DNA of 25,312 nucleotides, from positions 1-25,312 of the forward strand of contig JBFMGO010000090.1 in the NCBI GenBank assembly GCA_040752695.1, given 5' to 3'. Position numbers and translations under genes: made by a program. The notes under the pieces were generated by a model. That model saw nothing but the letters and a program-made list of their open reading frames with translations. It was not told where the DNA came from and did not search any database. Source of the DNA: a bacterium. Its GTDB lineage: Bacteria; SZUA-182; DTGQ01. Below are positions 1-7,075 of the stretch, piece by piece; position 1 is the first letter of the stretch; each line of letters begins with the position of its first letter.

Positions 1-283
1 TTTCCTGATTGATCATCAGATATCCGCGGGCAACCTCCCAGGCCAGATAGTCGTTCAGGTGAAAGGTGTAATGGAGCCCTATGGGATAGAGGCGGTAAAA
101 GTCATCAGGGAAATAGCCAAGGCTGGCCCCGATTTCGTGATAGCAGTGAAACACCCTGTTCTGTATGGCATAGACGTGCCTTTTGTCCGCCTCATTCTCC
201 TCACTGAAACTTTCCCTCTGACCACAAGGGAAAAGCAGCAGGAGCGTGAGCAGGGAAAAGCAGAGGATGAACCGTTTTTTCAT
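1..283 (-). CDS. Outer-membrane beta-barrel protein, GltA/GltB/GltH-like (5' part only; runs off the window edge)
   Basis: Absent from the ORF track because no stop lies in the window. ATG at 283-281, AAGGAGA RBS at 297-291. Manual translation MKKRFILCFSLLTLLLLFPCGQRESFSEENEADKRHVYAIQNRVFHCYHEIGASLGYFPDDFYRLYPIGLHYTFHLNDYLAWEVARGYLMINQE... shows a signal peptide and an AIQxR..F...HE...G...DDF......G..YtFH.....AWEV pattern resembling the myxobacterial/Bdellovibrio OM barrel family. Confidence 0.72.
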   Translation of the reverse strand, partial: MKKRFILCFSLLTLLLLFPCGQRESFSEENEADKRHVYAIQNRVFHCYHEIGASLGYFPDDFYRLYPIGLHYTFHLNDYLAWEVARGYLMINQE

Positions 284-295
284 ACGCCCGTCTCC

Positions 296-3200
296 TTAAA
301 ATCCGGCAATATCGAAAATGAAGGGATAGGAAACAATTACCTCCGCACCCTGAGGTTCCGGAAATTGCCAGGATTTGATCTTCTCTTTAATACACTCATG
401 AATCGAATCCGAACGAACGGAAGAGAAACTGATCCGAACCTCTCCGACTCTGCCGGAGAGCAGGATCTTCCATTCGAAGATAATCTTTCCCATAAGCGAA
501 GGATTTGAGATCAAAGCCGCTTCATAGCAATTGGTAATTTCATCGATGTGCCGATCGATGACCTTTTTAACTGCTTCGCGGCTCATACCGCCGCCTTGAA
601 CGAGCACCTTTTTACTCAGCTCGGCCTTAACCATGCCCATGACCTGCCGCTGCCCGGTCTGCCCTACCTCTAAAGCCCCGACCCGGTTTTGCTCTCCCGC
701 CTCCAGTCCTGTGCCCTCCCCCTTTCCATAAGCAGCTACATTCCCTTTCCCCGCGACACCCGCGCTTCTCAAAACCTGGGTAGAACCCTTGGTGGTGACC
801 ACGCCCCCTGAGGATACCTCGATCCGCGATGTGGTCAGTTTTCCGACAATACCGCCGACCTTGAAATTCCCCGCCCCGCTTTTGGGGGATGCGACGATAT
901 CGAGGTTGGTAACCGAAGCGAGTACCTCTTTAGCCCCTGTATCTGTCCCATTTTTGGTCCCAAGTACGCCCAGAAGCCCGGCCTGCTTGATATTGCGGTT
1001 CAGAATATTGCCCCCGTCCTTGCCGCTGCCCCCGCCGGCATTCGGTGACAGGCCGCTTTTGGTTCCGGCATCGGCGGCAGAGCGGGCTGTCGCCTGTCTT
1101 TTTGTGCGGTTTGCATCGGTGCGGTTTGCACGGGAAGGGGCACTTTTTCGTGCCTTCTTTTCCTGCACCTTCTTTTCCTGTACCTTGGCGGGTTCCGGCT
1201 TCACCACCTCAGCGGCGGCCACCTTGAGTGGTTTTGCCTTTTTCGGCTCTTTCGGCAGTACCTTTTCGGGTTCTGCCTTTTTGCCCACCTCAGCCAGTTG
1301 CCGGGTATCTATCTCGGCAAAGCGTGACTCCAAAGGGACAGGCATATGGGGCTGGTCCGGCAGGGAGAACAGCCCTCCGAAGAGAAGGACGAGAACGTGA
1401 ATAAGCAGGGATTTCAGGAGGTTTCTATAAAAATCCCGCCCTTCTTTTCGAGTGATCGAAACCTGCGGACTTTCCGATGGCCGTATGGTGCGCATGATAT
1501 ATTCATAGTCACCATCTTTCAGGTAAAGGGTCTCCTGAAAGGCGAGCCAGGAGCGATAGATATTGTTCCCCTGGGAGGAATAGCAGTAGTTTTCAGGCAG
1601 GCAAAGACGAGTTATATCTTCGGATATGCTCCCGGCTGTGCACAATGTGCTGCCGGATAGGCCCGATGTACTTGTGCATGTATTCGATGCACTCTCGGAT
1701 ATGCCTGAGGTGCTTTCGGATGTATTCGATGTACTTGCGGATAGGCCCGGTGTACTTTCGGATATACTATCATGGATGAGCTTACCCTGAAATCCATCCG
1801 TGAAGAAGAAGGGGAAGCTTTCAGCACTCTTATGCTCAGCCAGGCAAAATCTGCCGTGTTCACCACTACAGAAATATTTTTCTCCCTGATTCAAAAAACG
1901 CACATCGATTACTTCACCTTCCCGAAGTTTTATCACCTCAAGGAGAACATCATCCCTGCCGTCCTCGCTTCTGCCGGCAGCGGCACTGGTATAATGATTC
2001 AGGTTTGCCTGTTGAGTCTTAAGCGGTCCACGGGGCCCTGGATGGATGAGTTTTTCTCTGAGAGAAAAGGATGCCACGCTCTCTTCGTCGTCATCCTCAT
2101 CCTCATCGTCCTCGTCATCATACTTCGCATCGATCAGGGTCAGCGCCTCCTGGACTTTGGGCAATACCTCCTGGATCTGGAGCAATGCATCCTTAGTCTG
2201 GAGCACCATCTCCTCTGCCTGCGGCGATTCGCCTCGGGGCTGAGAAACTTTCTCCCGGGCCTGAGGCTCCTTATCCTCAGCCCACCAGGGCAGAATCTCC
2301 TGGGGCTGACGCAATGGCCCCTGGGCTTGAGGAGATTTTTCTTGAGTTTGGCACAGTGCTCCCCGGTCCTTGGGCGATTTCTCTTGGGCTTGGGACTCGT
2401 CATCCTCAATCCACCAGGGCAGGATTCCCTGGCCTTCACCTGCCAGGTGTTGCATCAGGGTATCCTGGGCCCAGGGCGTGTCGTCCTGGTTGTCGTCCTG
2501 GTACAGAGACAGTGCCTCCTGGGCCTGGGGCATGGTCTCCTGAGCCTGGGGCGTGGCTTTCTGGGTCTGGGACGTGGTCTCCTGAGCCTGGGGTGCAGTC
2601 TGGCGAGTCTCACCTTCCCCTGACGGGAAATGCAGAGCCTGTTCAGGCTCACTGCAAGCCTGTTCAGGCTCACTGCAAGCCTGTTCAGGTTCACTGCAAG
2701 CCTGTTCAGGCTCACTGAAGGCATGTTCAAAAGGCGTAATTTCCTCCTGCCGGTCATCCTGACGGTCCTTGTATTCTTTTCTCCGAGAGGTAGCGGTCTG
2801 CGGGGGATCAGCGTACGGAGAATCAACGAGCGGGAAGTCAGCATGCAGGGAATCAGCACTATCGAGCCTCAATGCTTCGATATCCTGCATCTTATTCGCC
2901 ATACCCTTTACTTTTATTTTCAGGGTATATGGACCTATGGTTACAAAATCAAGGGGGCCGAGTATGCGTGCTGCTACCTGCCGGCCGTTTACCTTGACGC
3001 CTCCCCCCTGACCGAGGCTTTCATCCGAGACAATCAGGTGATCACCTTTCCAGTGAATGACGGCATGAAGATCAGCGATCGATTGATCATGGAGTACAAG
3101 ATCCGCATCGTCGCTTTTGCCGAGAGAAATCCTCTCTTTGTGGAAACAATCCCAGCCAAGATAGCTTCCTCCCTGGAAAACGAAAAACTGGACAATAGAA

Positions 3201-3307
3201 GTAGCCGGTGCGCCTGCGGCAAACTCATCTGTCTCTTCCCCTCCCAGAAGAGAGATAAGAAGGGGGCTTTTCTCATCCAAGGTTATATTGTGTTGTGTGC
3301 TCTTCAT
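296..3307 (-). CDS. FHA-domain, single-TM, AgmX/PglI C-terminal (TonB-C-like) domain protein; GltG-like
   Basis: N-terminal FHA-like segment (ISLGKSDDADLVLHDQSIADLHAVI...VKVNG), long acidic low-complexity region, one TM (SLLIHVLVLLFGGLFSL), Lys/Pro/Gly-rich linker, and a C-terminal domain REAVKKVIDRHIDEITNCYEAAL...GKIIFEWKI...GRV...IHECI...IKSWQFPEP.G.EVIVSYPFIF with the two-Cys pattern of AgmX/PglI tails. Lies downstream of exbB/exbD-like genes. Confidence 0.85.
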   Translation of the reverse strand: MKSTQHNITLDEKSPLLISLLGGEETDEFAAGAPATSIVQFFVFQGGSYLGWDCFHKERISLGKSDDADLVLHDQSIADLHAVIHWKGDHLIVSDESLGQGGGVKVNGRQVAARILGPLDFVTIGPYTLKIKVKGMANKMQDIEALRLDSADSLHADFPLVDSPYADPPQTATSRRKEYKDRQDDRQEEITPFEHAFSEPEQACSEPEQACSEPEQACSEPEQALHFPSGEGETRQTAPQAQETTSQTQKATPQAQETMPQAQEALSLYQDDNQDDTPWAQDTLMQHLAGEGQGILPWWIEDDESQAQEKSPKDRGALCQTQEKSPQAQGPLRQPQEILPWWAEDKEPQAREKVSQPRGESPQAEEMVLQTKDALLQIQEVLPKVQEALTLIDAKYDDEDDEDEDDDEESVASFSLREKLIHPGPRGPLKTQQANLNHYTSAAAGRSEDGRDDVLLEVIKLREGEVIDVRFLNQGEKYFCSGEHGRFCLAEHKSAESFPFFFTDGFQGKLIHDSISESTPGLSASTSNTSESTSGISESASNTCTSTSGLSGSTLCTAGSISEDITRLCLPENYCYSSQGNNIYRSWLAFQETLYLKDGDYEYIMRTIRPSESPQVSITRKEGRDFYRNLLKSLLIHVLVLLFGGLFSLPDQPHMPVPLESRFAEIDTRQLAEVGKKAEPEKVLPKEPKKAKPLKVAAAEVVKPEPAKVQEKKVQEKKARKSAPSRANRTDANRTKRQATARSAADAGTKSGLSPNAGGGSGKDGGNILNRNIKQAGLLGVLGTKNGTDTGAKEVLASVTNLDIVASPKSGAGNFKVGGIVGKLTTSRIEVSSGGVVTTKGSTQVLRSAGVAGKGNVAAYGKGEGTGLEAGEQNRVGALEVGQTGQRQVMGMVKAELSKKVLVQGGGMSREAVKKVIDRHIDEITNCYEAALISNPSLMGKIIFEWKILLSGRVGEVRISFSSVRSDSIHECIKEKIKSWQFPEPQGAEVIVSYPFIFDIAGF
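1655..1764. repeat. Degenerate 21-bp tandem repeat (about 5 copies) encoding Ser/Thr-rich heptads in the GltG-like protein
   Basis: Units ggataggcccgatgtacttgt / gcatgtattcgatgcactctc / ggatatgcctgaggtgctttc / ggatgtattcgatgtacttgc / ggataggcccggtgtactttc. Confidence 0.75.
2518..2601. repeat. Degenerate 21-bp tandem repeat (4 copies) encoding QETTPQA-like heptads
   Basis: Units resemble cctgagcctggggcgtggtct; the protein reads TAPQAQE TTSQTQK ATPQAQE TMPQAQE. Confidence 0.75.
2636..2717. repeat. Near-perfect 21-bp tandem repeat (3.9 copies) encoding SEPEQAC
   Basis: agcctgttcaggctcactgca repeated head to tail with a single substitution and no spacers. Confidence 0.95.
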
Positions 3308-3319
3308 AATCAGCTCTTT

Positions 3320-3826
3320 CTATTCGCTTTTGCTGCTTACATGCCGGTTGTCCCGGAGAGGGAAATCCTCAAGGACCTCATTCCGAAAATCGTTTCTGGA
3401 AGAGAGCATGCTCTTGATCTCATTTTTTTTCCGCTGCAAAAGATACACTGCACCGGACTTTATCGATTGCCCGAGGATATAGGAATTCCCAAAGTCGATC
3501 CGGTTAAGCAGCTTTTTCCCCCCCTCCTGGGGCTGATTCCCGTCCCCGGCCAGGGTATTTTCCAGGTTGCCATTCTGGGTCAGGTTGCCATTCTTGGCCA
3601 GGTTACCAACCTGGCCCTGTTCTCTCCCCTTGGCCTGTTTCTCAGCCTGGGCCTGTTTTCTCCCCTGCCCCAGTTCTTTTCCCTGGGCCAGTGCGCTTTC
3701 TCCTCCGACCATGGCTATGGCCATAGGGCCGCTCACCGGTCTATAAACAACACGAAAGGGCGCGAGTACACTCAGGAAGATGAATACACTGACCAGATAT
3801 TTTATATGGCTACCCTTTGAGCGCAT
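3320..3826 (-). CDS. CglF/GltF-like exported protein with a low-complexity N-terminal extension
   Basis: N-terminal hydrophobic segment. C-terminal RIDFGNSYILGQSIKSGAVYLLQRKKNEIKSMLSSRNDFRNEVL resembles the CglF pattern IDF....I.G...K.....R......S....R.DF. Immediately upstream of the GltG-like gene. GGAG RBS at 3840-3837; start is ATG 3826 or TTG 3829. Confidence 0.7.
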   Translation of the reverse strand: MRSKGSHIKYLVSVFIFLSVLAPFRVVYRPVSGPMAIAMVGGESALAQGKELGQGRKQAQAEKQAKGREQGQVGNLAKNGNLTQNGNLENTLAGDGNQPQEGGKKLLNRIDFGNSYILGQSIKSGAVYLLQRKKNEIKSMLSSRNDFRNEVLEDFPLRDNRHVSSKSE

Positions 3827-3840
3827 CAAGGGATATCTCC

Positions 3841-4401
3841 TTATTTTTTGAGGACAGCAAACTGAAAATTGGGTGATCCAGCCATAGCTGCCGTTTTGGT
3901 AACAAGGTTTATGGTATGGAAAGGAATGTTCTTGTCACAGAGAAAAATAATGTGTTCCTGGGCCTTTTTCTCTGGCTTATCCTGATTATCCAGTTTGTCC
4001 GGCTTATCCGGTTTGTCCGGCCGCCCTGGCTTATCCGGCCTGGCCAGGTTTCCTTTATCCGCTCTTTCCCGGTAGGCAACGAGTTTTTGATAGAGACGGG
4101 AATTATTGAGTTTTTCAGGATCAAGCCCGACAATTTCGCCATCCTGCACGGTGGCGACAATTTCACCCTCAAGCCACAGGTTCGACCGGGAGAGAACGAG
4201 CTTGATATTTTCCTGATAATCACTCTGGGCCACAGATTCAGGCAACCTGAGATCCTTCTCCAGGTGAACAACCTCTGGTTTATCCGAGTAGCAGGTAAGC
4301 AGAAAGATGAGAATAATGGTAAACATATCCATCATCGAGGTTATCTGCAATTTGGGAACATCAAAGCCCCGTGCGTTTTTTCTCCGGTTACCGAGTGCCA
4401 T
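3841..4401 (-). CDS. exbD: ExbD/TolR-family motor subunit (AglQ/AglS-like)
   Basis: TM segment LQITSMMDMFTIILIFLL carries the conserved Asp; C-terminal IIFLCDKNIPFHTINLVTKTAAMAG is a typical ExbD/TolR ending; GGAGAGGAG RBS. Contains a 9-bp PDK-type repeat insertion. Confidence 0.9.
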   Translation of the reverse strand: MALGNRRKNARGFDVPKLQITSMMDMFTIILIFLLTCYSDKPEVVHLEKDLRLPESVAQSDYQENIKLVLSRSNLWLEGEIVATVQDGEIVGLDPEKLNNSRLYQKLVAYRERADKGNLARPDKPGRPDKPDKPDKLDNQDKPEKKAQEHIIFLCDKNIPFHTINLVTKTAAMAGSPNFQFAVLKK

Positions 4402-4419
4402 ATGCTGCTCTCTCCTCTC

Positions 4420-4938
4420 CTAACTCACTTTCCCTGAAAGCACTACCCTGGGAAAGAGGGGTTTTTCGTCGCTGTATCTGGCTGCATCCATGGCCTGAAC
4501 GATCGTGTCATACAGGATACTTCCATCCGGAATGATGATGAGCGTATCACTCGCCGGATACCTCACTTTGAGTTTCCTAAGGTGCACAAGCACTTTCTGG
4601 TATGGGTATTCGGCCTCTTTTCCTTTTTTCGCAATCTGAGTATCCCATGTGCTCAATTCCTCAGTACCGAGCGAATCGGAGATGGCCGAAAGGAGTATCT
4701 CCTTCTCTTTGATTTCCATAACAGCCGTAACTTTTACTTCCTGCGGCCCTGCCGCCTGGCCATCCTTTTGGGTATCAGCAAGGACGGGCACTGAAGTGTC
4801 TATGGCTTTCAGGTGAAAGAAGGCGGCAGACAGGAGGAGAAAGGGAACGAGCACCAGGAAGGTATTCATAATCGGCACAAGATCGATCTCGATTTCTTCC
4901 ACTGTCTCTGATTTATGTTTTCCTAATCCTGACACCAT
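4420..4938 (-). CDS. exbD: ExbD/TolR-family motor subunit (AglQ/AglS-like) with Asn at the conserved TM Asp position
   Basis: Start reassigned to ATG 4938, which has AAGGAGG upstream. TM EIDLVPIMNTFLVLVPFLLLSA; C-terminal LIIIPDGSILYDTIVQAMDAAR...LFPRVVLS. Confidence 0.88.
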   Translation of the reverse strand: MVSGLGKHKSETVEEIEIDLVPIMNTFLVLVPFLLLSAAFFHLKAIDTSVPVLADTQKDGQAAGPQEVKVTAVMEIKEKEILLSAISDSLGTEELSTWDTQIAKKGKEAEYPYQKVLVHLRKLKVRYPASDTLIIIPDGSILYDTIVQAMDAARYSDEKPLFPRVVLSGKVS

Positions 4939-5035
4939 AGCGACCGCCCTCCTTTCAACAAACACAACACCGGTAACAGTAACGGACTTGACACTGGCAG
5001 CCGGACAAACACCACCGGCTGGCATCGCCTGCAGG

Positions 5036-5680
5036 TTACGGATTCGTAGAGAGTGTTTCCTTATCCTTTTTCAGAGAGCACAGGACGTTGAATAGCCGGT
5101 AGGCTTTTTCCTCAAATTGATCAATGAGATAGTTCCCCCGGTTATTGAGTATGTAATAGGCTACAAGACAGGGGATAGCCACAATCAAACCGAATGCCGT
5201 GGTCTGCATGGCAGTAGAAATGCCGTTTGCTAATATCTCCTGCTTCATGGCTGCGTTAGCGGAACTGACACCCTGAAAGGCAATGATAAGACCATGTATC
5301 GTTCCAAGGAGACCGAGAAGTGTCGAGATATTAGCAAACAGAGCCAAGTAATTGATTCTCATTCTGATCAGCGGGACTTCCCGCATGATATTCTCTTCCA
5401 GTGCCCGCTCAATCTCTTTATCTTTTCTATCCGATTTCAAAAGACCAGCCTTTAATATCCTGCCCAGAGGATGTTTTTCCATCCGGGAGCATTCCTCTAT
5501 GGCGCCGTGGTAGTTCATTTTCTCGAGCAGAACGAGAATTTTCTGGAGAGCATGATCGGTGTTCAATTTCAAGCGAAAGAACAGGAAACTGGCTCGTTCG
5601 CAAAAGAGGGCCAGAGCGATAACCGATACCCCCAGGATAAAATACATAAATATGCCACCGCTTTGTAACAAATCAAGCAT
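5036..5680 (-). CDS. exbB: MotA/TolQ/ExbB proton-channel family protein (AglR-like)
   Basis: GGIFMY..L...CERA TM1, NISTLLGLLGTIHGLIIAF TM2, GISTAMQTTAFGLIVAIPC TM3. Confidence 0.93.
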   Translation of the reverse strand: MLDLLQSGGIFMYFILGVSVIALALFCERASFLFFRLKLNTDHALQKILVLLEKMNYHGAIEECSRMEKHPLGRILKAGLLKSDRKDKEIERALEENIMREVPLIRMRINYLALFANISTLLGLLGTIHGLIIAFQGVSSANAAMKQEILANGISTAMQTTAFGLIVAIPCLVAYYILNNRGNYLIDQFEEKAYRLFNVLCSLKKDKETLSTNP

Positions 5681-5759
5681 ATGTATCCCCCCCTGTTTTT
5701 ACCTACAAGGCAACAATCATCCAATGTATTCATTTACTCATTGCTACGGCTTTCTAAGG

Positions 5760-5775
5760 GCATATTTTATACCAA
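5760..5775 (-). promoter_or_regulatory. Putative sigma-54 (-24/-12) promoter of the agl/glt-like operon
   Basis: Minus strand TTGGTATAAAATATGC has exact GG-N10-GC spacing, about 80 nt upstream of the exbB-like ATG. Confidence 0.6.
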
Positions 5776-5969
5776 TATGCTATGTTTGTATTTTCCATAT
5801 ATTTTTCAATAAGAAAGGGAGATTATTCCGATATTCTTCCCATAAGGGATTTCAAATTTGTTATTGAAAAAAGCCGTCCCTGTAATTTGATTTACGATTT
5901 TGTAACTGGAAGGTATCCGGTAGACAGATGCATATTTACCCTGAACATGGTTTGAAACAGCATGAAAAG

Positions 5970-5978
5970 TGCTATAAT
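5970..5978 (+). promoter_or_regulatory. Extended -10 sigma-70 promoter element for slp
   Basis: Perfect TGcTATAAT, followed by an AAGGAGGTGA RBS and ATG at 6003. Confidence 0.55.
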
Positions 5979-6002
5979 GAAGCTATAAGGAGGTGAGCTG
6001 TA

Positions 6003-6479
6003 ATGAAAAAGCAAACCAGGCTTCTTCTCTTTCTGACAATAATAGCTCTCCTTGTTTCCGGTTGTGCTCACGTGATGTCGAAAGAATCCCGGGGACTGGC
6101 AGCCAAAAAGATCCCCTTTCAGTGGGTTGCTCAAAATCCTGAAGGATATAAGGGGATCATGGTGATCTGGGGAGGACAGATCATCGAAACACAGAATCTG
6201 CAAGACGGCACTCAGATCGTAGTCTTGCAAAGGCCCCTTGGCCGCTCGGAGCAGCCAATCGGAGACGATAAATCGGGAGGGCGGTTCCTGGTTATATATA
6301 AAGGATTTCTGGACCCGGCTGTTTACGAAAAGGGACAATTTATTACCGTTGCCGGTATCATCGAAGGAGAAAAAGCGTTGCCTCTTGGCGAAATTGAATA
6401 TCATTACCCATATGTCAATGCACGGGAAATACACCTTTGGATGGCCGATGAAATGATCCAATACTACTACTCCTACTAG
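6003..6479 (+). CDS. slp: Slp/YeaY family outer-membrane lipoprotein
   Basis: Lipobox LVSG-C; family motifs VIWGGQII..N, GRFL....GFLDPAVY..G..ITVAG, Y.YP......IHLW. Confidence 0.88.
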   Translation: MKKQTRLLLFLTIIALLVSGCAHVMSKESRGLAAKKIPFQWVAQNPEGYKGIMVIWGGQIIETQNLQDGTQIVVLQRPLGRSEQPIGDDKSGGRFLVIYKGFLDPAVYEKGQFITVAGIIEGEKALPLGEIEYHYPYVNAREIHLWMADEMIQYYYSY

Positions 6480-6535
6480 GAGCTCATCAGGGGGGAACCC
6501 TGGGATAGAAAAGGACCGGTATTGGCAAGAGTGGA

Positions 6536-6595
6536 GGTGAACTAAACACCTGGCTGCATCAGTTCCTGTATAAGCGGGAGGGTGTTTAGTTCACC
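6536..6595. repeat. Perfect 15-bp inverted repeat downstream of slp
   Basis: ggtgaactaaacacc (6536-6550) pairs with ggtgtttagttcacc (6581-6595) around a 30-nt loop; no U-tract. Confidence 0.85.
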
Positions 6596-6763
6596 ACATA
6601 ATCGAGTTCAGGGTGAAAACAAAACCAGGTGGCCTTGTGGAGTGGCACCCTCTCTGCCCCCCTCCCAAAAACCGATCCGCATTCTGCCCCCCTCCAAAAC
6701 CGAATTGAGGGGCTCCATGCTGTCGAAAAAAGATCGCAAATAGCAGGGGATTGCAAAATTTCC

Positions 6764-6793
6764 TTGACAGAATTCCCGAATATAGTTAATAAT
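6764..6793 (+). promoter_or_regulatory. Putative sigma-70 promoter upstream of the Ni/Co ECF operon leader
   Basis: TTGACA at 6764-6769; TAATAA/AATAAT at 17-18 bp spacing. Confidence 0.55.
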
Positions 6794-6899
6794 TAGTTAA
6801 GCCTGGAAGGTGGAATAAAGAAAAATGTTGGCAGGAAGCTGGCATGAGGAAGATCCGCTTTTATTCTCCAGGTTAAAAGTTACTCCAATAAAAAATAGG

Positions 6900-6949
6900 A
6901 ACCACGAAGGTCCTGATGAATTAAACAAGGCCTTCGTGGTTTTTTTTTT
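6900..6949 (+). terminator. Intrinsic terminator inside the leader of the Ni/Co transporter operon
   Basis: aaccacgaagg / ccttcgtggtt 11-bp stem running into a long T tract that ends at 6949, about 125 nt upstream of the first start codon. Confidence 0.85.
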
Positions 6950-7075
6950 GGGGGGGAGGAGGTGATAGGTAAAGATAATTGGCTATGATTACATCTGCTG
7001 TGGGTTAATTCACTATGGTTTATCTCTTATTTACCTGAAAAGTTGTAGAAACCGAAAAGAATAAGGGGAATTTTT

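Noticed and set aside
2636..2717. 21-bp repeats as a CRISPR array
   Set aside because: The units are head to tail with no spacers, lie in frame within a CDS, and no cas genes are present.
59..3820. Long plus-strand ORFs (59-508, 789-1400, 1772-2623, 2630-3820)
   Set aside because: They are antisense shadows of well-supported minus-strand genes, with no recognisable motifs and compositions that mirror the repeats.
4939..5025. N-terminal extension of the first ExbD-like ORF
   Set aside because: A strong AAGGAGG precedes ATG 4938, which gives a normal ExbD-like N-terminus.
5892..6461. 189-aa minus-strand ORF
   Set aside because: Antisense to the clear Slp lipoprotein gene.
6795..6950. Canonical cobalamin or NiCo riboswitch; 46-codon leader peptide from ATG 6825
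   Set aside because: No B12 box or NiCo core sequence is visible by eye. The short ORF has no convincing RBS and runs through the terminator. An Rfam scan is still needed.
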